DNA of 64,000 bases, from positions 62,001 to 126,000 of the forward strand of contig JAAOMT010000275.1 in the NCBI GenBank assembly GCA_016748015.1, read 5' to 3'. The notes under the pieces are model-generated. The model was given only the letters and a program-made list of their open reading frames with translations. It had not been told where the DNA came from and searched no databases. Position 1 is the first letter of the stretch. The number at the start of each line of letters is the position of its first letter. Below, piece by piece: positions 14,611-27,405 of the stretch. The position numbers were made by a program, and so were the translations under genes. This DNA comes from Geosiphon pyriformis uo1. Lineage: Eukaryota > Fungi > Glomeromycota.

Positions 14611-15330
14611 ATGACTATTCTTCAAAACATTTAACAATTATCCCAAAAACTAATAATAGCTTTAAAAACAATACCCAAATTATCTATTACTGTTACTGAA
14701 AACCACATTAATTATACCCAAACAGAAGTAGTTACAAATTTAGCCCTAAATTCACGAAAATATTACCCATATAAGAAGAATACAAGAAATTATTCTGGAA
14801 TTCACCTGCCAGAACTTTTAAAGCTTGCTTTAAAAGAAAACTTAATGCTCACTTCTATTAGTATTCCACCAAATGCTACTATTTAACAAAAACTTCAACT
14901 GTGTCTTAATGAAGAAAACTACGACTATACTCTAATATATAGATATTTCTACATTGGAAAAACACTTCACAAACAAAAATGGAAGCTTACAGCAGCAAAT
15001 TTCACAAAAGAAGCTATTCGGAAACAACTCCACAATAAATTCAAGACAACAGCTGAACCTACAAACAGTCATTATAAACTAAGAACTGCTCTTAGACTTT
15101 ATGACCTATTTTACATCTGTGAAAACGTCCTACAAAACCCAATTTTACAGTCTTTGAAGATTCAATATATTGAAAAGCTCACAGAACTGAAATTTTAACA
15201 ATTTTCAGACCAAATTTCTTCAATAATTTTGGATTATTATTTGGAAATTACAGACAGTACTTGGACTTCGATGGAGCTCAGTCTTGAGGAGGAGGTTATG
15301 TTACCAGACAAAATTAGAGATATTGTTTAG
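14611..15330 (+). pseudogene. Extra 3' ORF (ORF3) of family A, unknown function, disrupted
   Basis: Collinear homolog of 53552-54271 with several TAA stops; ends inside the 3' LTR. Confidence 0.75.
15286..15295 (+). promoter_or_regulatory. Polypurine tract
   Basis: GAGGAGGAGG 3 nt before the 3' LTR. Confidence 0.85.
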
Positions 15331-16285
15331 CATGAAATTATTTTTATAATTCCTATCATTAATTAGCATATATTATTGTTTCAAATTATTACTTATTACA
15401 TTAGCAAAATGTCTGAAATTATCATTTAATTAATAACCCAATTGGTACATAACACAAATGTAACCTAAGTGCAATGATCAATCATGCAATATCCTGAAAT
15501 ATATAACATTCAAAAGTTTGCTGAAATTTGTAGAAATTTGCCAAAATAATTGATAGTTTACCAAAATATCTAATAGTTCACAGAAATAACTTGTAATTTG
15601 CTGAAATGTATCTTTAGTTCAGTGAAATTGTAGAAAAGAGCAAAGTTCAAGTTTATAAAATAGTATTACAACAAGTTGTATAAAAAAAGAGCTTCTTTCT
15701 TCAAGAAAATGTATTTTACTTCAGATTTAACAATTAGAATCATCTTTTACACACAAAAACAAACTAAATATCAAATAAATTCAAAAAAACCAAATTTTTT
15801 AAATTATTGCACTTGAAAAATTCTAAAAACCCAATTAACGTTTTGAAATTGATTAGCTACTAATTTCAATAAACTGTTAGTGACTCCAAGCCTGGATCGA
15901 AAACAATTTCCTTGACAGAATTCAATTTTCTTTTACATTTCTTTTATTTATTTTTTATTTTCTTATTATAATCATTAGGGTAACTTACAGACAAGATTCC
16001 TGTAGAAAAGTTGACTTTTACAGCAAAGTAACTACACATTTTTTAGTGAGCTTTCAGACAAGCAATTTCTGGGAAAGAATTAATGTTTACTACAATATAA
16101 CTACACAAAGCAACTGGCACGGAATTGGCCATTCTATTTATAAGCCCAGCAGTTCAAATTATAGGAGATAATTTGAAGATAAATTCAGTTATCAGAGATT
16201 CAAACACTTCCCATAGTCATGAATTAACAGCATTACAATAAACATACAAGAGCTAAGAAAAGACCAAAAAAAACCTCTAGTAACA
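15299..16285 (+). repeat. 3' LTR, family A copy 1
   Basis: 987-bp direct repeat of 6555-7541, differing mostly by transitions. Confidence 0.95.
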
Positions 16286-16647
16286 TCGTCCACCATGTTA
16301 TCAGTCTCAGAGGCATTGGAGTCCATGTAACTTGTCTTCTCGGCCATTATGTTGTTCATGTTCTCAATGTTGGATACCCCATTAATGCTGGTATCTTTAC
16401 TCTCCACCTTATTACCCCAAGACATCTTATGTTTGTCACAATCATTTTGTAAAATGTGGCCAGGAAGAGATCCAGCTGACAAATCTACTACCATGCCAGT
16501 AACATCAGGTTTTTTTGATTTTTTGTAAGAGGGACTCTGAGAATATACACTCTCAATGTGCATTTTCTTTTTAGCACCAGCCTGGGATCTCAACCCAGCT
16601 GAGCCAGAACCAGAACCACCAGCAGAAAAGCCCACTGGATCTATCAT
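16286..16647 (-). pseudogene. LINE A ORF1, N-terminal part
   Basis: MIDPVGFSAGGSGSG...KKKMHIESVYS aligns with LINE B ORF1 MELVGSSAGG...KKKCVESIYS. It is in frame with the 5881..6567 ORF once the LTR element and one TSD copy are removed. Confidence 0.85.
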
Positions 16648-18936
16648 AACAAAATCAGGTATGTTGAAAGAAATAACTAAAAGTAATAAGGGGGAAGGAA
16701 AAAGGAAAAGCTATAACTTTGGCAGTATAAAAACTCTCATTATGATCAGGGAATTGACAAGAGAAAGAAAGTTTTTCTTATTTTTTTTGGTATTTTTTGA
16801 ATTTAAAGTTAATAAATTTTTATTTTTATTTAATAATGCAGTCATTTTTAAATAAAAAGTAATTACTGCTATATATATAAAAACCAAAGTTAAAAGAGAA
16901 TTTATTTGATTAATTTTAAATAATAGATTTATTAAAAACATAATTACTTATTAGTTAATACAAAAATTAAAATAAAATATTAACAGATTAGCTCAAACAA
17001 TAATTATTACTACTAATAAAATAAAAAAACTTTTATAAAAAAAATTAACAATTTTTTTTATAATTAATAGAATCACTATTTCAATTAAAGTTTTTATTAT
17101 AGATGTATCTTAATATTAAACTCTTATTAAAAACAATTGGTTTTTCAAAGCCAATACAAATTTATACTAAAAAATCCAAAAACTTAAAATTTTTTACTAA
17201 AGACAGTACACTAAAATATCTGTTATTTGTAGTATTTTTAACAAATAATTCGAAAAAAGCCTAGTTTTTAAATTTGAAAAAAAACTAATTATTAAAACTT
17301 ATATAGTATTAAAAAAACAAAACAACAACTTTTTAAAACTTTTAAATTACAATTAATATTTTTATAGTTTAAAAATTCAAATTAACAATTTATATTAACA
17401 ATAAACAATAAATAAACTAATACTTAATATGTTTTATACTTAAAATTAGAACCAAAAAAACAATTAACTTATATTTTATTCAAATATAAGAATTGCAACA
17501 AAAAACTTTTATCTATAAAAACTTGTATATTATTTAAAAAAAAATATGAAATTTGTATTTGTTATTATTATAAAATCTACTATTAAAAATAATTTGGCCA
17601 ACTAAAACAAAATAGAAAATAGAATAATAAATTATGTCTTATTTGTAAACAATTGTTATTTAATAAATATAATTAAATTAATATTACAATAAAAGAAAAA
17701 ATTTGTGATTAAATATGTCAATATGTTTTAATTATCTTAAAAAAAATAAAAAAAAAATTTTGTTTACAGTAATTTATAATAGTACTTTTAATAAACTTTA
17801 CTATTACTTATATAATATTAAAATAATTTATAAATTAGCAGTAATTTTAATTAATAAAGAAATCCAAAAAAATATTTACTAAATAAAAAAGCCAAATATA
17901 TTAAATATATAATAAAATTAGTTAGATTTAACTATAAAAATGAAGTTAAACTTTATTATCTAATTTTTAGTCATATATATTTTTCAAAAAAAACTCAAAT
18001 ACAATGATTAAAATAAATAAATATTCAACTATATAAAAAGTTTATTATGTTTTGTGATAACCAATAGTATTTAAAATACTATGTTTTTAACATATTATTA
18101 TTAAATAAAAATAATTAAGACAAAATTAAATTGGTAAATTTGAAAAATTCTAATAAGCTTAATTTATTTATTAAAAATTAATTTGTTTTATAATTCAAAT
18201 ATTTTAATAACAATAAAAAAAAATTAAACCAAAAAAACCTATAAAATTAATATTAAATATAATTTATAATATTCAAAAAAAATATTTTAATTCTATTAAC
18301 AAAAATTAATATTAAAATTATATTTGAAATTTTACTAAGAGCAATAATACAAATTGTTTTTCAATTATAATTGACAAACAAAAAAATTACAAAGCTATTT
18401 AAAATTAAATATGCTGAAAAAATTGTACAAATTATTTATTTATCTTTAATTAACATTTTAGATTTGCAATTAATTAAAAATTAAGATAAATTTAGCAAAA
18501 ATAACAGAGAAATTCAAAGCTTTAAATTAATCAAATGATTTACAGTTCTAGTAAATATAGTTTTTAATATACAAAATAAATTTTATCAAATTTTAAGACT
18601 ACTAAAAACAATTATTTTGTTATCTTTTAAAAAAATTTATAAAGTATATATCTGTTTAATACTTATTATTACTTAACAAATTTTTAAATCAAATAAACAA
18701 ATTTACAAAGAATATAAAATTTTAATTCCAAATATTTACTTATTTAAAAAATTTAATATTATTTTTTACAATTTTAATCTTATTATAAAGCTATTAACAA
18801 AAAAAAAATCTTTTTTTTGTCGATTTCCTAATTACAATGAGAGCAAAAATTTATTGAAAATTTAACATACTCTTGTTTTCCCTTTCCTATTCACTTTTTC
18901 ATAGTTATTTTTTCTAATCCATCTGTCTTTGTTGTC

Positions 18937-20450
18937 ATGGAACTAGTAGGCTCTTCTGCTGGTGGCTTTGTTTTGGGTTTGACTGGTTTGGAGATCTGCC
19001 TAAACACTAAAAAGAAGTGTGTAGAGAGTATCTACTCTCATGCTGTGTTGTATAAGAAGCCAAAAAAACCTGAAGCTGGTGGTGTTTTGGTCAACTCGTC
19101 TATTGGCCCTCTGGCACTAAAAGATATTGGCATTTCTGGTAATAAGCCTATAGTATCCTGGGAAAGCAAAGTTGGAAGTATTGTTAGCAGTGTAAGTGGT
19201 TTCTCAGATGTTGAAAATATGACAAACATGGTTGCTGAGAAAATGAGCTATGCTGAATTAGGTGAAAATGACAATATGAATAATGTTACACTGAGAAAAA
19301 CTCATATTCAAACATACGTGTTGGGCAACTCTCTGAAGGCTCCAATGTTTAATACTATGAACAATGATGAGAGTGTGCTAAGTCTTCCTTCTCCAAAGTT
19401 TGTTGGTTCCAATTAGCTGCCACCTATCAGATTATGTGTCCTAGAGAAATATAGTTTTGAGCCAGTCAAATCATTTGCATTGGATATTAAGTTGTCTGCT
19501 GTGTCTGAAAAAACAAATAGTGATAAGTTAATTGCAATCAAAAAAATCTTTTATTAAATTGATGGTTTTGGGGGGACATTAACTCTCTCAAAATTTTCAG
19601 GGATTATTAAAGCTTTATTTACATCTGAGTTTAGTATAAATAAGACAAAGGAATTGGCAATCTGTGAAAAAATTATTGTTAATAATGATCTAAGAAAGAT
19701 AAATAGCCATTCAGATTGGGAAGTAATAGTCAAGAAGATCCCAGTAGATCTTCCCAAATTGGTAATTGTGTCAATGTTTTCTAAATTTGGTCAGGTGATT
19801 TCGATTAGGATACAACTGATTGGGCTTTGGCAAAAAGCTTTAGTGGAATTTGAGTCATCAGATGTGGCTAGATCAGTTGTTTCTAAATGGTCAGTTCTTA
19901 TAAGTAAAAATTCTGTTCATGTTGTATTGACATTAAGTGACAAAGATTTGTGGGTAGTAAAAGATTGTCATCGGGCTTTGTTGTACACTTTGCCAATAGA
20001 CACTATGGCACATGATTTTTTTGGTTTGTTGAAATCATATGGTAAAAAAACTTGTTTTATTGGCCATAATCTCAGTTTATATGTGCATGACAGATGTGCA
20101 GTAATGTGTTTTGCTAATGAAGCATCCAAAATAGCTGCTGTTAGTTCTGTTCCAGTTTATAAGAGTGTGAATTTGTACTGAGCTGGTCTTTTTTTGGCTT
20201 GTGGCACCAATTGTAAACAATTTGGTCATGTTTCTGATGTGTGTTTGATTGGTGAAAACTCTGGAGTTTATTATAAGCAAGTGGTGTCTTCTCAGGATTA
20301 GGTTCATCTGATTAACATTTATAAGAAGAAGCAGGCCCTAGTTGTTTATCTGGTTTTTTTTGGTAGAAAAACTTGGGCTCAAATTGCAAGTGGTTCTCCT
20401 TCTCATGTAGTCTTGTCAGTTTTTTTTGGTGTTGGTTTGCTTTTAGGTGT
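18937..20450 (+). pseudogene. LINE B ORF1, 5' part
   Basis: RRM-like EVIVKKIPVDL..FSKFG..WQKALVEF and the CCHC knuckle CTNCKQFGHVSDVC. Confidence 0.85.
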
Positions 20451-21309
20451 TGTTACAGTTTAAGAATTTAGAAAAAAAGAATCATAAAAATAATACAAAC
20501 TATTCAATCATAATATAACACAGTAATAATCTTAGAAAGGTAATGATTAACATAGTAGCAAACACCATCTCGCGATAGTGGCAAGCACCAGTTCACAATA
20601 GCAGCCAACACCAACTGGTGATAGCAGCAAACACCAGGTTGAAATATCAAAAAGAAAGTATTTTCTCGTAGAACTACAAACATGTATATATACAGTAGTT
20701 TTAATATTGGAAAATAAAAAAATCAAGTAATAAAAATCATAACTTATCAAGCAATAGATCCAATTTTATCCAACAAACTCCACTTTAAATCATACTTTCA
20801 AATTAAATATCCCAAGAAACCTTTAAAAATCAAAAAGAAATATTTAAAACTGAACTATCACAACCCAAAGTATTAAGAAACTTACTTGTATTATTTATTG
20901 AATGAAACTATCATTCATCAACTGAAACCCTTGGAAGAATAATCCTTGATCAAGATTATTCATGTTGTTACTAATTGATAAAAGCTTTATTGTGAAAATT
21001 AGAAAAGCGCTAAAGACTATTAACATTCTGTGTTTCTAGATTAGAGAAACACATCAGGCAATTGCAAGGATAGCCTCAGAGAAGACCCCAGACAGTGGGT
21101 AGATTTCAGTTCAGCCTCTGAAAAGAAGTACATAAACACACACAACAATCAAGAATTAAAGAATAACTTACATTGCAACAGTAAAAAGAAAGCCTTCAGT
21201 GTAACAGTGACACTATCACACAAATAGAATTGAGGAACTCACAAAAGACTGATTGCAATTAAAGCGGGATATCAGCAATTAAATATAACAAGAAAACCAT
21301 TCTGTAACA
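20451..21309 (+). repeat. 5' LTR, family B
   Basis: TGTTAC...GTAACA; direct repeat of 28640-29497. Confidence 0.95.
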
Positions 21310-21311
21310 TT

Positions 21312-21329
21312 TGGTGAACCCTACGAGGA
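21312..21329 (+). promoter_or_regulatory. Primer-binding site (TGGTGAACCCTACG), tRNA-Trp-like
   Basis: The reverse complement ...CGTAGGGTTCACCA resembles eukaryotic tRNA-Trp 3' ends (...CGTCGGGTTCACCA). Confidence 0.7.
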
Positions 21330-21391
21330 AAGAAAATCAAAAAGGAAATAATAATTAGCAATAATTCATTGCTAAAAAGGAAAAGACAAAA

Positions 21392-24300
21392 GTGACGACA
21401 AAAACCCCTAATCTTACTGTTCTTGAATTCTGCCGTGCTATTTACACACAAAATCAAAGTGATCTTGGATTACCAGAAGGGTGTTGTCCAGCAGAATCTG
21501 CCCTCACTTATTATATCAACGCCAGAATAAATTATCATATAGGAAAGGAAGAAGAACCACATGACGCAAAACTTGGATTGTATAGAGAATTATCACAATA
21601 CACTACAAAAAAAGTAGCAGTAATAGCCGCAACTATTGTCAAAATCCATCAAGAAATTGAGCAATACGCCAACGAAAATTTTCCAATATCCACAGGAAAC
21701 ACTAGGGAACNNNNNNNNNNNNNNNNNNNNCCCACCTCCTCTTAGACCAATAAACCCACCAGCAGAAAACGGCAATGAAATGACCACACCATACATTGCA
21801 AGACTAACAGATTTCTCAGGAGAGGAAGAAGAAACGGACGTGCACACATGGCTCAGAGAAGCACAAAAAGCCATCCAGGCAAATAACTGGAATGACCAAA
21901 GAGCAATTCAAATATTACCTTTCTTCCTGAAAGGCACAGTCGACTCGTGGTATCAAAGCCTGGAAACAAAACCCACGAGCTTCGCCAAATTTAAAAATGC
22001 ACTTCTGGAGTATTTTAGCAATCCAAACGCCATAATCCAACTACAGAACAAATTCAATACTATCAAGCAAAATACCAGTGAAACTGTCACCCAATACCTT
22101 GCTTGATTCAATCGAATTCGCCGTCAGATTGAAGCAATTGAACAAGAATACTACACTGATCCTCAGGTTTTAAATCAGTTTATTAGAGGATTAAAAAGCA
22201 GCATTTTAGGAAGAGTACGTCCTGCCCACCCTAATTCCTTACCAGAAGCCGTTACGCTCACCAGAGCCCTTGAATCGGCTGAGAAAGAAGCTAACCATAG
22301 TCAAATGGTTAACATAGTAATGGAGGAAAATAAAACAGAAACATTAGAGAAAAGAGTAACGCAATTAGGGGAGGAACTCTCTAAGAAAATAGAAAGTTAC
22401 CTCATCCCGGATCCGAGAAAAAATACATACCAACCACCCCAAAGACGCAGCCAAGAAGTCAGTGACAGTCGAAATAATCGCTCGTCACGCCAGGAATTCA
22501 GAACAGAAACACGCGCCTGCCATTTTTGCAAACGCGTAGGACATTTGATTAGTCAATATCGAACGCAAATGATGCAGGAAGCATGCGAAAATAATTACTA
22601 CGTGTCACCCCAAATGCCCAGAAACCAGTACACGCCAATACCACGCCAATATCCCACCACGTATCAAAATCAAAGAGCTTACCAGCAACAGCCCATGATA
22701 GCCAACCCGAATTGGCGTCCCGAGGCCCGAAATCAGCCCATGTAGAACCAGAACGCGTTGGTCCAGAGGAATCCAAACCGCGCCGGAACCAATCAGCAAA
22801 CCAATCCAAACTACCAAAATTATCAACAAACTTACCTTAATATACTGGAAAACCTGATCATCGGAAACAATGATGGTAGAAACATAAACANNNNNNNNNN
22901 NNNNNNNNNNTTTATTCACCAGAAGATAAATCATACCATTTTTCACCAGAAAATAAGATACAAATTCCATTAGGAGCTGCATCATTATCAACATCAACTC
23001 CACAAACGCCAAGAACTCCTAGTTATATTGATAAAATTAAACAACATAACTGGGGAGACATACCAATTACAGGAGGATATTCATCACTATTCCAAAACCC
23101 TCTTTTTCAGCCAAAATTTAGAACGGGGTTTGAAAACTGTGAAGAGGAGTCTGAATCAGAATCCGAAAAAGAGACCAGCAAAAAAACAATCACAAGACCA
23201 GTCATTGGAACAAACAGCCAGTCCAGAAACCAAGAAACTCGTGATCAAGAGGAAGAATCGGATATAAAGGAAGCCACCTTTAGGAATGCTCAAGGAAATA
23301 TCATCCCACCTCCTCTTAGACCAATAAACCCACCAGCAGAAAACGGCAATGAAATGACCACACCATACATTGCAAGACTAACAGATTTCTCAGGAGAGGA
23401 AGAAGAAACGGACGTGCACACATGGCTCAGAGAAGCACAAAAAGCCATCCAGGCAAATAACTGGAATGACCAAAGAGCAATTCAAATATTACCTTTCTTC
23501 CTGAAAGGCACAGTCGACTCGTGGTATCAAAGCCTGGAAACAAAACCCACGAGCTTCGACAAAATAAAAAATGCACTCCTGGAGNNNNNNNNNNNNNNNN
23601 NNNNTTTGGTCCAGAGGAATCCAAACCGCGCCGGAACCAATCAGCAAACCAATCCAAACTACCAAAATTATCAACAAACTTACCTTAATATACTGGAAAA
23701 CCTGATCATCGGAAACAATGATGGTAGAAACATAAACAGAACCAAGAATTCCTCCAAATTGAGCCAGACAATACCACCAGCAGTTGCCACCAAAGATAGC
23801 AGCCTCGCAGCTATTTTTTCTTTTGAATTAAAAGAAAACGAGGCTATGTTCAGTGGAGCAGCATTGGACAAAAAACGCCCAATCACTGCTATGTATACGG
23901 AAGCCACTGTAAACAATACCCCAATCAAACTTATCTTAAACAGCGGATCCGCTGGAAGCATCGTAATGCTTCAACTAGTAAACCAACTGGGTTTCAAAGT
24001 TGATCGTGCCGCGACGTCCCAAATCATAACAGCCGATGGAAGTACAAAGCTGCCTTATGGCGAAATCGACTCATTCCCTTTCGAAATTAATGGCATAGTA
24101 ATACCTACAAAAGTATTAGTAATGGACGCTACACAATATCAAGCGTTAGTAGAGAATGACTGGCTAACAAAAGCCAACACCACCCTAAACTGGACTACCC
24201 AAGAGCTTCTGATCAATTATAATGGCCACCAGGCCAAAATTCCAGCCACCTGTAGCCACTTCCAAAAACCCAGCGCCAACCAAAGACCTACCTTTGAATT

Positions 24301-27300
24301 TGAGGAAAATCCAGCACTACCAGCCATCGAAACCTATCAGCTCTCTTGGGCTGATGACCAAAGAACAGAACTACCAGCCGTACCAACGTGAACTAGCGAA
24401 GAAAAATCCAAATGGAACCAGGTAAGTTCACGAAAAAACCACCAGCGATGCAGACCAAAGCTAGAATGCTCGGTTTGCAAGAAGAAACTCTTGTCTATGA
24501 CTGTGTGCAGCGCACCGGACAAAGACCCAAGAAACCCCACCCACTACTATTGTAACCGTTGTAACAAAGAAAAATACAGTTACCCAGAAAGACACGGAAA
24601 ATGGAACGAGGAACTGTGTCTCGCTTGTGGAGAACCATTACCAAGAGGGTGCGACTGGAACGACTTACCAGGCAGAGGAGGAATGTGTAACGCAACTTGC
24701 CAATATACGATCCTTATCTGTGACTGGGTAAGAGGAGGAATGCCATTTGAAGCAGCGTTCAACAGAGCGTTAAAAAGACTACAGCACTACCCACATGACG
24801 AGAATGAGTTGTACAACACTGCACAAGCCAAAGTAAGAGGAGGAACCGCCGAAGAAATACGACGTTGGAAAGAGTCAGCCGAAGTAGCCAACAAAGTCGC
24901 CAGCTACAACATGTTCGACCCAGTGGACGAATTCCAGGACTACTACCAACAACTATGCCCCACTTGACAAGAGCAAGAACAATACCTCGCCCAAATCAAC
25001 ACTTACCTCTGCGAAAACTGTCTTATCCCGTGCCAAAGTCAGTGCTGTGAAGAGTGTCAAGACGAAAGGGACTTAGAAAAAAAAATGGAAATTGAGAATC
25101 AGCAGTCTCAAAATCAATCAATAAATCAACAAGACTTACTTGACGGTCCCGAGTCAGAAAAATTTGTAGCCTATACCAACCTAGAACAGGTGACCGACAT
25201 CCGATACTTCGACAACGGGCACTTAGGAATAATACCTGAAAGAGCCCATCCAACCGACGCCGGATTCGATCTACATTATCCGGAAGACCAATCCACAACG
25301 TTACCACCCAGGAGCATCACCAAAATCAACCTAAAAATAGCGGTTGAAATTCTGCCAGGAATAATGGTTCAAATGGCGTCGCAATCAAGCCTCGCGAAAA
25401 AAGGAATAAGCATTCAAGAAGGAGTAATTGACTCCGGATACACTGGAAATTTGATGGTTTTGCTACAGAACAATTCAGAAAAGCCTTATACCATTGAATC
25501 TAAGGAAAAGATTGCACAAGCAATTTTCCTACCATTGGTAAAAATTGGGAAATTCGTGCCAGTGGAAAATTGTGAGGAATTGTCACAAACAACAAGAGGA
25601 ACTTTTGGTTTCGGATCGACAGGAAAAGGAATTGAAGCGAATTTCACTGAAACAATAGGGGAAAAAGGCGAAGTAATTAAAAATGAGCGGTCCATCACGC
25701 TCCTACCATATGGAAAATCAGAAATAAGAATAAAAAGAACAATTAAAGAAAAAGACCTAATATTTGAGCCCTACCCAGAAACTTGCCAACAGTTTCTTAT
25801 AGGACTTACTAACCTTTTTATTCCAGCTGATAAAGCTCAATGGATAAAAATTTCTATCGCAAACACCACAGAAGAACCCGTCTACATTCCGAAAGATACC
25901 ATCATTGGATACCTCGGAACGGAGCTAGAAAATGCGTCAACACCACAAGAAATTCTAAATTTCCCAGAAATCGCCCTCTACTGTGAACTCACTTCAATAA
26001 ATTGACAACAACTGGTAGAATACTATCAATTTACGCCAGAAGAATTGGCCAAATTAAACATTGGAACAATGGATCCCAACCAACAGTGACAATTAAAAGC
26101 ATTAATTTTAAAATACTCTGATATATTTTCAAGAAATGGTGAATTTGGAAGAACCAACTTGGTTCAACACCAAATTCCCACTGGAGACGCCAGACCTGAA
26201 AAACAACGCGCTTACTGTGTCCTACCAATGGAGCATAATTTTATCAGAGAAGAAGTCCAAAGCATGTTGGAAAAAGGAATAATACAACCATTAATAAGCC
26301 CATGGTTCTCACCAGTTGTTTTAGTAAGGAAAAAGAACGGAAAAATTAGATTTTGCGTCGACTATCGCAAACTAAACAGCAAAACAACCAAAGACTCATA
26401 CCCAATACCATTAATTGACCCAAAGGACAGGCATAAAACAGTATTCACAACACAAAATGGCAATTATGAGTTCAATATAATGCCATTTGGATTAACAAAC
26501 GCTCCCGCGACATTCCAAAGACTAATGGACGTAATTTACTCCAGAATCCTGTGGCAATCCGTTGTTGTCTACTTGGATAATACAAATGTTTTCTCGTCAA
26601 AATTCACGGATCATCTCCAACATTTACAACAAGTTTTTGAGAGATTGAGACACGCTGGACTTAAACTAAATCTAGAAAAATGTTTCTTTGGGAAAAATGA
26701 GCTAGCATTTTTAGGACACGTAGTTGGAAAAGATGGAATAAAACCAGATCCATCAAAAATAGACAAAGTGAAAAATTTTCCAGTACCTCGAAACGTCTCA
26801 GAAGTTAGAAGCTTTTTAGGACTCACATCTTACTACCACCGCTTTGTAGAAAACTTTTCAAACATCGCCAAACCCCTTAATTACCTACTATCTAAAAATG
26901 TGAAGTTTGAATGGACTGAAGCACAACAAAAAGCTTTTGAGTACCTTAGACAAAAGCTCATTGAATCACCAATAATGATTTATCTGAATTTCAACAAGAA
27001 ATTCATTTTGGCCACAGATGCCTCTGGAACTGGACTTGGAGCCATTCTGTCACAAAAAGATGATAATGGAAGAGAACGTGTAATTGCTTATGCCAGCAGA
27101 AGTCTCAGTACGGCAGAACAAAACTACGCAGCACATGAACTTGAATGCTTAGCAGTAGTCTGGAGTTGTGTTCACTTTGACACATATTTACGGTACCAAC
27201 CCTTTGAGATTACAACAGATCATAGAGGTCTGGTCTGGTTAAATAACAAGAAAGCGCTAAAAGGAAAATACGCCAGATGGTCACAAACGTTAGCACCATA

Positions 27301-27376
27301 CGATTATATTATCAAATACAAAGAAGGTACCAAAAATGCTAATGCCAACTGTTTGTCAAGAATGAGACACACATAA
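21392..27376 (+). pseudogene. Family B gag-pol (GTG start; capsid, CCHC, protease, Cys-rich domain, dUTPase, RT, RNase H), with gap-flanked duplications
   Basis: ORFs 23354, 24491, 25085 and 26159 are all in one frame. Motifs: CHFCKRVGH, LILNSGSAGS, AGFDL/IDSGYTG/KIAQ/RGTFGFGSTG, MPFGL/YLDN and ATDAS/ELE. The RT lacks the LDLxSGYWQ segment. Confidence 0.9.
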
Positions 27377-27405
27377 AAATCACCAACCCACCCGCCACAA
27401 CAACA

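Larger units (their letters stand above)
6555..16285 (+). mobile_element. Ty3/gypsy LTR retrotransposon, family A, copy 1 (dUTPase-bearing), full length but decayed
   Basis: Two 987-bp LTRs (TGTTAC...GTAACA), 4-bp TSD TCAT/TCGT, PBS, PPT, and gag-PR-dUTPase-RT-RH then IN order. Confidence 0.96.
173..16776 (-). mobile_element. LINE copy A (APE endonuclease-RT-RNase H non-LTR retrotransposon), near full length, interrupted in ORF1 by LTR element 1
   Basis: Poly(A) tail is a T-run at 173-181. The 3' UTR is homologous to those of LINEs B and C. ORF2 and ORF1 fragments are collinear with LINEs B and E. ORF1 rejoins across 6555-16285 as ...NMVDD|ATLRKT. The pyrimidine-rich 5' end (rc of ~16745-16776) matches the 5' ends of B, C and E. 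Confidence 0.92.

Noticed and set aside
16192-16647. Novel 151-aa gene
   Set aside because: It is a chimera of the LINE A ORF1 N-terminus reading into the antisense 3' LTR. 5881..6567 likewise starts within the LTR.
21711-23730. Duplicated gag capsid segments
   Set aside because: These are near-identical overlaps flanked by N gaps and in shuffled order (22911-23353 belongs upstream of 21731), so an assembly artefact.
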